Shown here: one piece after another, positions 29,364 to 38,769 of the stretch | Position numbering within the stretch: position 1 is the first letter of the stretch | Layout of the letters: every line of letters begins with the position of its first letter | Virus record (IMG/VR): IMGVR_UViG_3300044843_000488 | Coordinates: 10,308-74,307 of that record | Length of the DNA: 64,000 nt | Source: a virus | Strand: one strand, 5' to 3' | Made by a program: the position numbers and the translations under genes | The notes under the pieces: generated by a model | Seen by the model: the letters and a program-made list of their open reading frames with translations, nothing else | Told to the model about the DNA's origin: nothing | The model's database searches: none

Positions 29364-29812
29364 CTAAATCGATGTGACCTTACTTAGCGCGGCTACTACG
29401 TGAACGGGTAGCTTCCTTTCTCTGATCACCTTATTTAAGATCTCCTCGGTTTCGGTCTGCTTTGCGGCTACTTCTTCGTTCAAAACAAAAGGCAATAGCT
29501 CGTCAAGCGTCAGCTTTGCCTCCTTCTTGCTACCTGCTAAGGCTTGAGCAACATTGACGACTACTAGTGCTAACTTTGCCGTCGATATAGAGGCTATATT
29601 GGCGCGCCTTTTTTCTTCCTCGTAGACGAACTCTAAGAGCATATTTACCTCTTTTAAAGGTGTTCGCAAAAAGGTTGCACGAGTATAGTCCTCCCCAAAA
29701 GGAGAGACTTTTAGTTTTAGGTACAGCTTGGTGACGTCGAGAGGCTTTTGCGCCAGGAACCTTCGATAACTGTCTATGTGCTTTTCTGGATCCTCGTCAC
29801 CCTCATTCAGTT
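29364..29812 (-). CDS. Tail assembly chaperone gpT-like extension (-1 frame)
   Basis: Frame open from GGGAAAC (29816-29810): ..GKLNEGDEDPEKHIDSYRRF..FLRTPLKEV.. continuing into track ORF 29364..29669. Confidence 0.8.
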
Positions 29813-30304
29813 TCCCGCTTCTTCCTCACCAGTGGGCCAGCCATTTCGCTCCCAATTAATGAACGTAAAAATGTCGTTCAACAACCGGCTGGGAATCAGA
29901 AGGGTGTCTTCTCGCGTCCAGTCACGAGTCTCTACCCATTCGTTAGTTTCCTTGATCTCCCCTCTGAACCGCAAGAAGAGTGTCACCATCTCAATTTGCT
30001 GCTCAGCGACCGTCGAACTATCCTTTTGGATTTCTGCCAGTTCTTCGGCGTGCTCGTACAGAACCTCATTATCGCTTTCAGTATTGCTAAGCAACTCCAA
30101 CGCATCCTTGACGCCAATCTTGCGCTTTTTGGAAACCGCTTTTGCGATTTTAAGCAGGGAGTACGTGTTCTGTGCCTGCTTCCTGGCAATATCCTCGACG
30201 CCCTCTGCTTCGCCCGCAACAAGATCTTTATAGATCGGGAAACGAAACGGGAGAATCTCGTGATATTCCTTTTCTTTGAAAAAAAGCTTTGCGTAACGGC
30301 TCAT
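29807..30304 (-). CDS. Tail assembly chaperone gpG-like
   Basis: Acidic ORF between tail tube and tape measure, ending GCG GGA AAC TGA. Confidence 0.8.
   Translation of the reverse strand: MSRYAKLFFKEKEYHEILPFRFPIYKDLVAGEAEGVEDIARKQAQNTYSLLKIAKAVSKKRKIGVKDALELLSNTESDNEVLYEHAEELAEIQKDSSTVAEQQIEMVTLFLRFRGEIKETNEWVETRDWTREDTLLIPSRLLNDIFTFINWERNGWPTGEEEAGN
29810..29816 (-). other. -1 frameshift slippery site G_GGA_AAC
   Basis: X_XXY_YYZ heptamer just before the gpG-like stop, with an open -1 frame. Confidence 0.85.
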
Positions 30305-30531
30305 CAGTCTATGAAAAACGATGTATCTGACGCCACAAGCTCTGTGGCTGAGTTTTCCGCGTCAGGTGGGATAACCACAGTCAATTTACCACCCTCTTCG
30401 GTAATGAGTGTCATCAATGAAGACGAAAAAGGGGCGATATAAACCGCCCCTACTTCCAGTAACTCGCCTGACACTGTGCAGTTAATAAAGTACGATTGCT
30501 TGTCTTCTGAGACCAGCAGATCGTATTTCAT
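30304..30531 (-). CDS. Hypothetical protein
   Basis: TGATG-coupled on both sides. Confidence 0.6.
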   Translation of the reverse strand: MKYDLLVSEDKQSYFINCTVSGELLEVGAVYIAPFSSSLMTLITEEGGKLTVVIPPDAENSATELVASDTSFFID

Positions 30532-31100
30532 CAGTACACGGTCAGAGCAGTCGAGCTGGCGTCGTAGATTCCCGACCAGATGCGGCCACGGGACTGGAAC
30601 GTCCAGGAGTATTCGATCAGGCCGTCAGAAGGCGAAGCCTCAGACACGCCCGTGATACAAGCTTGGAACATGCGAGCGTGGTACTTGTGGTTGCCTGTGG
30701 TGTCGGCTCCGAGGTAGGTGAACTGTTCCACCCAAATCTCGGTATCAGGATCCGACTCGGCGTCCAGGACCAGCCTCAGACCGGGATCAACGTCAGCGTT
30801 CGGGACGCCACCAGTAGCCAGGCTATTGATGAAGTAGGCGGAGCAAGCCAGTTCACCAGCTTGGGTCACACCCACGGAGTCGCGCCAGCCGCTGTCACCC
30901 AGCAAATAGAACTCCTGAGAGTTGGGCGACGGGGTGAATTCTGCCTTCGTGGCCCCTTTGAGCCAGTTATAGGTCAGGCCAGTCGGAGCGGTGATTGCGC
31001 CTGACGACACAGTAGCGGTTTTACGGGTGCTGCCAGGGTCAGCGACACGGACGATACGGTCCCGCCCCTTGGCAAATGCACCACCAGGAAGATTAGCCAT
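30531..31100 (-). CDS. Major tail tube protein
   Basis: Position; GW.DSV..T, DGLIEYSWTF..RG; strong codon bias. Confidence 0.75.
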   Translation of the reverse strand: MANLPGGAFAKGRDRIVRVADPGSTRKTATVSSGAITAPTGLTYNWLKGATKAEFTPSPNSQEFYLLGDSGWRDSVGVTQAGELACSAYFINSLATGGVPNADVDPGLRLVLDAESDPDTEIWVEQFTYLGADTTGNHKYHARMFQACITGVSEASPSDGLIEYSWTFQSRGRIWSGIYDASSTALTVY

Positions 31101-31501
31101 TAGCCTCTCTCAGGTTGAATCGAGTAATCGGGGATAAAAACTTTCAGCGTTTCAAATGAGATGTCAGTTTGCGGTACGTGGACTGCATCCTGAATATCAG
31201 GGAACCACTGAAAGAGAAGCTCGCGCACCTCGGCTAGTGTTTGAGCCGTGTCGTAGCTGGTGAGATTGATCGGCCAACGGACGTCCAGAATCACGGCTTG
31301 CGACAAGGTGGGCTTGTTCACCATTTCGGGGACTTCGTCGATGACACATTCAATGCCACTAACTGTCCAGTCTTTGGGAACTTGCTGCTGGCCCCGTACC
31401 CATAGGGCGGGGGACGTAGATCCATCTGGAAGATTATAGTTTCCCAATCTGGACCCAATTGCCGAGTTAATTAGGCCACGTATTTGTGTGATACTAGCCA
31501 T
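31100..31501 (-). CDS. Tail terminator-like protein
   Basis: Position and size between the neck gene and tail tube. Confidence 0.55.
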   Translation of the reverse strand: MASITQIRGLINSAIGSRLGNYNLPDGSTSPALWVRGQQQVPKDWTVSGIECVIDEVPEMVNKPTLSQAVILDVRWPINLTSYDTAQTLAEVRELLFQWFPDIQDAVHVPQTDISFETLKVFIPDYSIQPERG

Positions 31502-31865
31502 TTAACTCTCTCCTAAGTATAGTCTCAAAGAACTTCTTAGGGTCTACGTTCTCCAGAGCCGTCTTTGTCCAAGGGCGTGCAGGCCATTCGCCGCCTCCCT
31601 TCAGCTTTGTACCTTCATGAACTTGAAGGGCATACTCAACGGGCCAGCTGAACTGATACCTATTGTTTCCGGCCTTTTGGACCGTCTGGCTTGCGCGCAG
31701 GCGGCCTGTGTCCACGATGTCGCGTAAGCTTCCATCATTCCACTTCCATTTATCAGCTGATATTTCACTGGTGTACTCAGCTGATAGCCGATTTACAAGT
31801 TCTTGAGTAGCGGCCGTAATCGCTCGATCTAATACCTTGGTATCGACCTTCTGTTGTTTAGCCAT
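31494..31865 (-). CDS. Tail completion/neck protein (HK97 gp10-like)
   Basis: RDIVDTGRLRAS, YA..VHEG, PARPW. Confidence 0.75.
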   Translation of the reverse strand: MAKQQKVDTKVLDRAITAATQELVNRLSAEYTSEISADKWKWNDGSLRDIVDTGRLRASQTVQKAGNNRYQFSWPVEYALQVHEGTKLKGGGEWPARPWTKTALENVDPKKFFETILRRELNG

Positions 31866-31866
31866 T

Positions 31867-32244
31867 TCAGCCTCCTTTGCCAACTTGCTCAAATACACCA
31901 GAAAACTCCTGGTGCAGTGTGTTTCGAGCAAAAGTGAGGGAGTTTGACCCTAGATCCGTTAATCGTAACGTCCCGGATACACCGTTCACGGTGCAGGAGG
32001 CAACGGCGCCTACTTTGACTTTTGGGCTGAACGTTGTCGGACTGAGTAAGCGACCCTTGCAACTGAACTTTGCCTCATCAATGCCAGCCTTATAGTCTTG
32101 ACTACTAGTCTGCAATTGGATATGAGCCGTATAAGTCTCCGCAGTATCTACGGGGACTTTGTTGCCCGTGTTTGGGTCTATGGCGTAAGTGCTATAGACC
32201 TTAAACACCAAGGCTGCGTTATCAAAGGGTGCGTAGGCTCCCAT
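31867..32244 (-). CDS. Head closure-like protein
   Basis: Position after the adaptor; beta-rich 125 aa. Confidence 0.55.
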   Translation of the reverse strand: MGAYAPFDNAALVFKVYSTYAIDPNTGNKVPVDTAETYTAHIQLQTSSQDYKAGIDEAKFSCKGRLLSPTTFSPKVKVGAVASCTVNGVSGTLRLTDLGSNSLTFARNTLHQEFSGVFEQVGKGG

Positions 32245-32549
32245 CAGAACGCAAATCCTACGTTAATGAGGCTGCGTTGTAAGGCGTTGAAGGTTGCACC
32301 GTATGCCGTTGCTGCGTAGCCCAGTTCGCTCTTGCTTCCTGAACCTACCCCGACTTGTGCACCTATAGCTTGGGTTCTGGAGGCCAACAGATGAGCAGCT
32401 AAGTAGCTTATGCCGTTATCGTGCTGAGCGCCCCAGACCTCACTATCACAGAAAAGCTGAGCTTCGGCGATTGCCCCCGCCACTACTGCAGGTTCCAGAT
32501 TTCCAAATTCAGGGAATCTGGACAGAAAAGTGGTGGAGGTTACGGCCAT
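32244..32549 (-). CDS. Head-tail adaptor (DUF4054-like)
   Basis: F..RFPEF, YLAAHLL, TAYG.F. Confidence 0.75.
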   Translation of the reverse strand: MAVTSTTFLSRFPEFGNLEPAVVAGAIAEAQLFCDSEVWGAQHDNGISYLAAHLLASRTQAIGAQVGVGSGSKSELGYAATAYGATFNALQRSLINVGFAF

Positions 32550-32959
32550 CAGCCTTCTCCTTCAGTAATCGCCTTTACTCGCTTGGCAATCGCGTTCTTG
32601 ATCCTGACGCGGTTTTCAGCAAAGTCCCACTCTTTGAGCAGGTCCAGGTCAAAGGTAGCGTCAATAGCATCAAGCGCATCTTTTACGGGCATAGTGGTGA
32701 GACCCCCGGCCGCTTTGACCGAGGTGTCCACCACTTCCACGTCTTCTTGCACTTTCAGAGCGCCGAGGGAGAGCAGGTCCTTTACCAGTGGCAGTCCCTG
32801 AATCTTCTCCCAGTCAGCCTGAGAGACATCACGGTTTACACCGGACTTAAGTTGGACGTGCTCGGTACCGCCTGCTTTGTTCCCGATGATCGAGAAACCA
32901 AGTGTGACTTCTTTGTCACGCGGCGGGTTTTCCAGCTGAGGCGTGTAAGTGATAATCAT
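32549..32959 (-). CDS. Hypothetical head-region protein
   Basis: Directly downstream of the major capsid gene; L..G.N and ENR..IK.AI motifs. Confidence 0.6.
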   Translation of the reverse strand: MIITYTPQLENPPRDKEVTLGFSIIGNKAGGTEHVQLKSGVNRDVSQADWEKIQGLPLVKDLLSLGALKVQEDVEVVDTSVKAAGGLTTMPVKDALDAIDATFDLDLLKEWDFAENRVRIKNAIAKRVKAITEGEG

Positions 32960-32980
32960 GTTCTGAAAAACTAGGTCTTA

Positions 32981-33895
32981 TCAGGCTTTTTCGACGTAAA
33001 GTGCGCTCTTGGGGTAGTACAGAGCGACGCCGCCGATGCGGGCGTGTGCCGCCACGGTGAACTCCAGGTTTTGGCGCACAGGGGGCAAAAACTCCAGAGT
33101 GCGGGGCACGTGCAGCTGCAGCTTTTCTGGGCTGCGGTCGTAGCAGATGATGCGGTCCTTGGACAGCTTGCTGCCAGACTTCGAAGCTTCCAGCTCGTTG
33201 ATCGGCTCGATAGAGCGGATCATGGGGTTAGTGCGGAGGAAGAACTCCATCACCGTGGTATCCGAGGTGGTGCTACGGGGAGTGGTGCTGATAACGCGAT
33301 ACACGTCGTAGGGCACCAGCATCGTGTTGGGAGCCTCCTTCATGTTGGAGTTCTGCACGATGCGGGTAGGAGCCTCATTCAGCAGCTCCAGCATCTCGTC
33401 GGTGGTGATGGTTGCGTCGTCAAACCACTTCGAGGGGACAAGCTTGTCGACGTTGGCGTTGTTAAAGAAGCCGTCCATCGCCACGGCACCATCGCCGAAG
33501 TAGGCGACCTCTTGGACTTTCTCCTCATAGGCGCGACGCACAGCATTGGCGCGGCGCTGCTCCAGGTTCATGCCGGGCACCATGGCGGCAGCACGAGTTT
33601 CCTGGATCGTGTAGGAGAAGGAGGCGCCCAGGCTGCGAACAGCATGAGTCACTTCCTTGCGCAGGACGTCCGCACGCGGCAGATCGCTTGCCTTGTCCTG
33701 AATAAGCTTCATTTTGCCCTGAGCATCAAAGATGCGGTAGGTGAAGCTGTCAGCACCAGGACCCACTTCAGTGGAAATGGGGATGATCTGGGAGTACTTG
33801 ATGTCAGCGTATTGGACTTCAAAAGTCCGGGCCAGAATCTGCTCAAGCTCTCTAGCAAGAAACAGACCGGCGTCGTCGTTGCGAATATCAGTCAT
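32981..33895 (-). CDS. Major capsid protein (DUF2184 family)
   Basis: FLARELEQI, D.PRAD, Y..QE..AA, AYFGD..GFFN, GGV..YYP; AGGAGG RBS upstream of ATG 33895. Confidence 0.88.
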   Translation of the reverse strand: MTDIRNDDAGLFLARELEQILARTFEVQYADIKYSQIIPISTEVGPGADSFTYRIFDAQGKMKLIQDKASDLPRADVLRKEVTHAVRSLGASFSYTIQETRAAAMVPGMNLEQRRANAVRRAYEEKVQEVAYFGDGAVAMDGFFNNANVDKLVPSKWFDDATITTDEMLELLNEAPTRIVQNSNMKEAPNTMLVPYDVYRVISTTPRSTTSDTTVMEFFLRTNPMIRSIEPINELEASKSGSKLSKDRIICYDRSPEKLQLHVPRTLEFLPPVRQNLEFTVAAHARIGGVALYYPKSALYVEKA

Positions 33896-33912
33896 TGGTT
33901 GGGTGCCTCCTA

Positions 33913-34539
33913 TCAGGTGTCTGCGGAAACAGTGAAGGTCGGGATGTCGATCTCCAGGAGGGCAATGCCACCGGCTGCAGCTGCGCTGAGCCAACGGGCA
34001 CCAGCAGTCACCTCGAAGGTCTTACCGGCAGAAGCGGTTTTGCCGAAACGGCCCTTGTATCCGCCATTGGTGGCGGCACTGGCGTGATCGGTGTGGTACA
34101 GCCGTACGGCGTCGCCCAGGGCAACGGCGTCAACGGAGTACACAAAAATGACGCCCTTGCTCAGGACATTCATCACTTGCTTGTTGGCGTAGCCGACTCG
34201 ACCATCGGAGGTCTTAACGGTGCCAGGAATGGTGCCGGTGCCTTGGTAAGAACCATTGGCGTTGGCTTCAAAGGTGTAGCTGTCTGCAGCAATGCCCAGG
34301 ACTTTGGTTCCAGTAGCCCCGGCGGGGAGCTTGGCGCCAAGACCAGAGGTAGCGGCGCTATCAATGATCACGGCGTGACCAAAAGGAATGACAGCAGACG
34401 ATTCATTGGTGTACGACCGGGAGACATAAGCCTGCAGGTCGCCGAGCATGCCTTCGTGACCAACAGTCAGGGTCTGAGGGTAGGAACCCTGAGCACCTGC
34501 GGGATTGGCGACGGTAGTGGTGGTGTAGGTAATAGCCAT
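33913..34539 (-). CDS. Capsid decoration/cement protein
   Basis: Between scaffold and capsid; IPFG.AV, V...G.I.V; Ala/Gly/Thr-rich. Confidence 0.7.
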   Translation of the reverse strand: MAITYTTTTVANPAGAQGSYPQTLTVGHEGMLGDLQAYVSRSYTNESSAVIPFGHAVIIDSAATSGLGAKLPAGATGTKVLGIAADSYTFEANANGSYQGTGTIPGTVKTSDGRVGYANKQVMNVLSKGVIFVYSVDAVALGDAVRLYHTDHASAATNGGYKGRFGKTASAGKTFEVTAGARWLSAAAAGGIALLEIDIPTFTVSADT

Positions 34540-34554
34540 TACTTTGCGCTCCTA

Positions 34555-35787
34555 TCAAACGTGAGCAGTGAGGTCTGACTTCCAACCGTTCAGCAGACGC
34601 TCACGGTAGGAGGATTGGCTGTCCATCTTCTCGGCCGCGTGGACTTGGGCCAGGGCAGCACGAACTTCAGCCACATTGGAGCCATCTTCCTCAGGCTGGA
34701 AGTCGGCGTCCTCTTTGATCTCCTCCTCGTCACCTTCCATGTCTTCCATGGCGGCAAGTACACCGTCAAGGACACCCAGAAGGTAGTCGTTGGAAGCGTC
34801 TTCGCGGGGGGCTTTCTCAAAGACGTTCTCGTATGCAAGCGCCATGATCTGGTGCTCGTTCTCGCCGTCAAACTTGTAGTTCTCAGGGAGAATTGGGGAG
34901 AATTTGTCGAGGCAAGCCAGACGTGCATTAACAGCCTGGTTGATTTGATCAGCATCGCTGCGCTCTGAGGCGGCGTCAGCAACTTGCTTTTCCAATTCTT
35001 CAATCCGCTCAAGGGCGGCGTCAAGACGACCAAGAACTTCTTCGTTCTCGGTCACAACAGCTTGGATCTGTTCTTCCTGCGAATCAAGCTTTTTAATAAG
35101 CTCGGCCTTGGCACGATCACTCTCCTTCACGAAGGATTGGACCACACCGGCAGTATCTGCTGGAAGTTCAAGATCCAGGCCGTCGAGGGTGATTCGTGCC
35201 ATGGAAGTTACGGGCGAATTCGACGGGTTTTCGTCCCATGCCACCGCATCGTTGCGGTCACATGAGTCGAGGATCAGACGGACATCACGACCGGCACGAC
35301 CACGTGGGACAATCGCGATGTGATTAACGCGAATGTTCCGTTGGATGCCGTCGTAACTCTCGCCTGCGGGTGTGACGCCAGGGGTGGGGTCATAGTCGAC
35401 GCGGTAGCCGGCACTGACCTCTTGTGCGTCACCCCGCTGGATACGTTCAATCGCTGCTTTGTCCGTGACGACAAGCGCGACTTCTACGAAGCCATCGGAG
35501 AATCGAACTTGCGAGCCAGCATGTCCGATCTGATGAACCTTTGTATTTTCAGCATCCAACAGAACCGGGGGATGACCCATGGTTACTGCTTTCATGCCGA
35601 AAGAGGCTAGAGACTCAGGTTTCGCTACTTCTTCTTCAGGGCGATATTCACGCACTTGCGTTCCATCACCCCTGGTATAAAGCTGCGTCCCTACTCGGGC
35701 CGCCTTACACCACACTTTCAAGTAACCTTCGTCCGTTGTTTCGGACTTGGTTACCTGACCGTAATCGTAGCGACTTACAGTCTCCAT
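34555..35787 (-). CDS. DUF2213 prohead protease/scaffold protein
   Basis: ARVG.Q.Y, R..EEV, VT.GHP, EVSAGY, QRNI.VNHIAIV..GRAG; acidic coiled-coil C-terminus. Confidence 0.88.
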   Translation of the reverse strand: METVSRYDYGQVTKSETTDEGYLKVWCKAARVGTQLYTRGDGTQVREYRPEEEVAKPESLASFGMKAVTMGHPPVLLDAENTKVHQIGHAGSQVRFSDGFVEVALVVTDKAAIERIQRGDAQEVSAGYRVDYDPTPGVTPAGESYDGIQRNIRVNHIAIVPRGRAGRDVRLILDSCDRNDAVAWDENPSNSPVTSMARITLDGLDLELPADTAGVVQSFVKESDRAKAELIKKLDSQEEQIQAVVTENEEVLGRLDAALERIEELEKQVADAASERSDADQINQAVNARLACLDKFSPILPENYKFDGENEHQIMALAYENVFEKAPREDASNDYLLGVLDGVLAAMEDMEGDEEEIKEDADFQPEEDGSNVAEVRAALAQVHAAEKMDSQSSYRERLLNGWKSDLTAHV

Positions 35788-35796
35788 ATCCTGATA

Positions 35797-36261
35797 CTAA
35801 CTAAATTTAGCGCTATAAGTATCAGAACTTCTGATGCACCCTTTGTTTATGAGGTAAGGGGACCAGTTAAAGCTGTCAAAACGTCTTCTGTGATTCTTTT
35901 CGGGTGGGTGCCAGCGTAAGGATGTGACACCTTTCGTTGCCGAAAGCGGTACCATCCAGATTCTCTCGTATTCGAGGCTAACGACTCCGAGATAGTCGAT
36001 TTCTTCGCTGGTGTAGGCACGGTTTCCTTTGGACCCGTTGCTTGTCTTCGTGTCTGCCTGGTAGTACTTCCCGGAGGGAACCCAGTGCAGCGTTTTCACG
36101 TTGACGCGCTGGAGGCCACCGTTCCATTCGACTACGTAGTCGACACGGTGGAGGTCGTGCTTAGGAGCGGCGATGAACACACCTTGTTCAAGGAAATAGC
36201 CCTCAAACATGTGCTCGCCCTTCGCGCCCCGGTGGGCTGAGTGCGTGCTGATACAGGTCAC
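35797..36261 (-). CDS. Free-standing PD-(D/E)XK endonuclease (homing-endonuclease-like)
   Basis: GAKGE..F, RVDYVV, RVNVKT, Y..EEIDY. Confidence 0.7.
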   Translation of the reverse strand: MTCISTHSAHRGAKGEHMFEGYFLEQGVFIAAPKHDLHRVDYVVEWNGGLQRVNVKTLHWVPSGKYYQADTKTSNGSKGNRAYTSEEIDYLGVVSLEYERIWMVPLSATKGVTSLRWHPPEKNHRRRFDSFNWSPYLINKGCIRSSDTYSAKFS

Positions 36262-36380
36262 GTACTGTCATCAGTTACGCCTATTTAGCAGATCAAATCA
36301 GTTGGCTACTTGCGTTAACCATACTGTTGCTATCAGCATCCCACCTAGCCAGGTCAAGCCAAATATGACAACTGGGGGCA

Positions 36381-36995
36381 TTAGGGTCTCGACTTCTTGT
36401 AGCCATCCATAATCGTGGATAAGCGTTCGCGTACTTTCTTGGTCTCTGACCCTGCATCTTTGTAAAAACTGCCGAGATCTCTGCGGCGTCTATAGCCAGG
36501 TTCATATTTGCGTCGCATTTTCTCCACAGTCAGGTTGTGGGTTCGCATGCCGCTCGTCAGTGAAGCCCGAGTTGCCTTCCCTGCCTTGTACATGGCCTCG
36601 CCTACTGCCATGGCACGGTTCACCTCTGCAGTGGCAGCGCGCTTCATGGCACCTTCAGCTGCAACGTTGGCTGACCTGGCAGTCTCGCGAAGGCGCTCAG
36701 TCTTCGAGGGTGGACGCATGTTGTTCAGCGCCTCCCCCGAGAAATTCATTTTTTTCTTGTTTGTAGCAATCTTCTCGACCGCGTTCACCAGGGCCTTGTT
36801 CCCAGCACGGCGCGCAGCTCCTGGAGCAGACAGGATCGCTTTTCTGGAGTTTCTGTTCAGCAGAGCACCAGTTACAGCGACACCACCGGCTGCTACTGCA
36901 GCCTTGGCCACCGTGCTGCCGATGGATCCCTTGTTGCAGCGCCTGTTATCGGGTATCCCGGAGGCGCCGCACTTTTTGTCGAGCCGGCGTTTCAT
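36381..36995 (-). CDS. Basic head-region protein with KKCG.S.I..C module
   Basis: RLDKKCGASGIPDNRRCNKG then an Ala/Gly hydrophobic stretch and a Lys/Arg-rich tail. Confidence 0.7.
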   Translation of the reverse strand: MKRRLDKKCGASGIPDNRRCNKGSIGSTVAKAAVAAGGVAVTGALLNRNSRKAILSAPGAARRAGNKALVNAVEKIATNKKKMNFSGEALNNMRPPSKTERLRETARSANVAAEGAMKRAATAEVNRAMAVGEAMYKAGKATRASLTSGMRTHNLTVEKMRRKYEPGYRRRRDLGSFYKDAGSETKKVRERLSTIMDGYKKSRP

Positions 36996-37000
36996 CTCCT

Positions 37001-37909
37001 TCAGGCGTTGCGGGGCATACGGCGAATCCCGGATGCGCGCTCGCGGGCACGCCAGTAGAGATCCTTCAGGGGAGGAACACTACCGTTATTGGCACGCTTG
37101 TACCCTTTCGCAGCTTCGCCGCCGACATAACCAGCCAGACCAGCGGCATTACCGAGGGTCTGACGCTTAAAGCCTCGTCCAATGTTGCCGGAGGCGAAGG
37201 CGTTAGCGCCTGTGAGATTGCCAGCCGCCATAGCGCCCTGGCTCACGGCTTTGCCGTACTGACCCTTAGACAGTGCCTCACCTGCTTGGACAGCGTTACT
37301 GATCCCGGAGGCAGCTGCCATCGTGGCGAGGTAGGTGCTGAGAGCACGCTTGCCTGCGCCCATTTTCTTCCCTTTATTGGGCTTGTTGATTTCCGCAGCT
37401 TTTGCCTGGGCCTGAGCCTTCACATCCGAGTCTTTGCCCTTTGGTGCAGCTCCGGTCCCCTTATTGCATTTTTTATTGTCTGCGATACCAGAGGCGCCGC
37501 ACTTTTTGTCATCTCGGTCGTCGTCTGGCTCCTCTTCGCCCTTGGAGATCTTTTCAACGCCCATGCTGTCCAGGACAGCGTTGAAGTCAGCGGCCACGCT
37601 GTCCTTCATGTAGCCGCAACCGTCGGCGTAGGGAGACTTCTTCATGCCGCCGTCCTTCTTGCCGCAGGAGCACTTGCCCTTAGTGCCGTCGGTGCAGTCA
37701 CAGCCTTTCTTCATACCCATGTCCTTTTTCTCCTCTGGTTTGGCAGTTTTGGCGGCTTGTTTGAAATCAGAAGCGCTGGGAGCCCCTTTCTGACCCGGCT
37801 TCTTCATCTTTTCACCGGAACCAGCGGCGATGCGTTCGCGCTTTTTGCGGATGTTTTCGTAGAGACCGGGCTTGTTGCCATCGGCTTTGCCTATGCGTGT
37901 CTCTTTCAT
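37001..37909 (-). CDS. Modular basic head-region protein
   Basis: GLYENIRKKRERI..GSGEKM module, Cys pairs, RDDKKCGASGIADNKKCNKG. Confidence 0.7.
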   Translation of the reverse strand: MKETRIGKADGNKPGLYENIRKKRERIAAGSGEKMKKPGQKGAPSASDFKQAAKTAKPEEKKDMGMKKGCDCTDGTKGKCSCGKKDGGMKKSPYADGCGYMKDSVAADFNAVLDSMGVEKISKGEEEPDDDRDDKKCGASGIADNKKCNKGTGAAPKGKDSDVKAQAQAKAAEINKPNKGKKMGAGKRALSTYLATMAAASGISNAVQAGEALSKGQYGKAVSQGAMAAGNLTGANAFASGNIGRGFKRQTLGNAAGLAGYVGGEAAKGYKRANNGSVPPLKDLYWRARERASGIRRMPRNA

Positions 37910-38766
37910 GTTTCCCTCGTCGGGATAGGAGCTAATTCTTCGAAAACGGATGGACCGTAACTTAAGTCCACACCTTTATTCCTAGCGTAACGCAGTACTT
38001 CTTGGCGATGCTTCTTTCGGAGGTTGTCGTATTCAGGATCGACCTCCCAGACATTGTCGCTATAGGGCGCTAAATAGCATCTGCAGCGGGGATGCCTGGG
38101 TACAGCAATTGCCCCTCGCTTAAAGATGTTCCCGGCGTGGGCAGTGCAGTAGGGGCAGGAGCGGTCGTCAGTTGTGGCGTAGTACATCACAAGGTCGATC
38201 CCGTTTTGGGTGTAGTACGCATTAGCCGCTTCGTTGTGGGCGCGCAGAGACTCTGTTCTTACAATGACTTCAGCTCTCGACTTGGTAACTTTCAGACGGC
38301 GCTGCAGATCTTTTGTCATTTCTTCAGTAGGGCGCCCTTCTGCTACACCTTGCGATAACACCTCTGCGGCGGCGGTAGAAAATGTTGCTCCATGTCTCTC
38401 TAAGTATCCTCGCGCTGTCCTTGCTGCTGCTACAACTGCTTCTACTGGGACGGTTACGCCAACTTGAGAATCTTTTACAGACTTCGATAGCTGTCCAGCT
38501 AGATCTAGGCCAAAAGATGTTGACCGAGATAACAGGCGTTGAAACGCAGATAAGTATTCGTCAGCCTGGTCAGGCCGTAGTGGAGGAATCAGCTCCAAAG
38601 CCCGAGCGTTTCTCTCTGCAGTCTGAAATCGACCGCTACGTAACTGACCGTATGTACGGCGAAGAAGACGATTGAATGCTCGGTCCAGTGATCCGTTGAC
38701 AATATCAATTATCTTTTGCTCTTCGTTCTTGAGAGCTGTGTTGTAAGCTTCGATCAGGTCTTCCAC
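37906..38766 (-). CDS. MuF/SPP1 gp7-like minor head protein
   Basis: RAEVIVRTE, DDRSCPYC, PRHPRCRC. Confidence 0.88.
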   Translation of the reverse strand: MEDLIEAYNTALKNEEQKIIDIVNGSLDRAFNRLLRRTYGQLRSGRFQTAERNARALELIPPLRPDQADEYLSAFQRLLSRSTSFGLDLAGQLSKSVKDSQVGVTVPVEAVVAAARTARGYLERHGATFSTAAAEVLSQGVAEGRPTEEMTKDLQRRLKVTKSRAEVIVRTESLRAHNEAANAYYTQNGIDLVMYYATTDDRSCPYCTAHAGNIFKRGAIAVPRHPRCRCYLAPYSDNVWEVDPEYDNLRKKHRQEVLRYARNKGVDLSYGPSVFEELAPIPTRET

Positions 38767-38769
38767 AGC

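Noticed and set aside
33896-33994. N-terminal extension of the major capsid protein in the ORF track
   Set aside because: Overlaps the decoration gene; the AGGAGG RBS supports ATG at 33895
33044-34578. Long plus-strand ORFs opposite capsid genes (also 47751..48563, 43424..43921, and minus-strand 60866..61579)
   Set aside because: Shadow ORFs caused by strong codon bias on the coding strand; no protein-like motifs
35790-36380. Group I intron around the PD-(D/E)XK endonuclease
   Set aside because: No recognisable P7/core elements, and flanking genes are not interrupted
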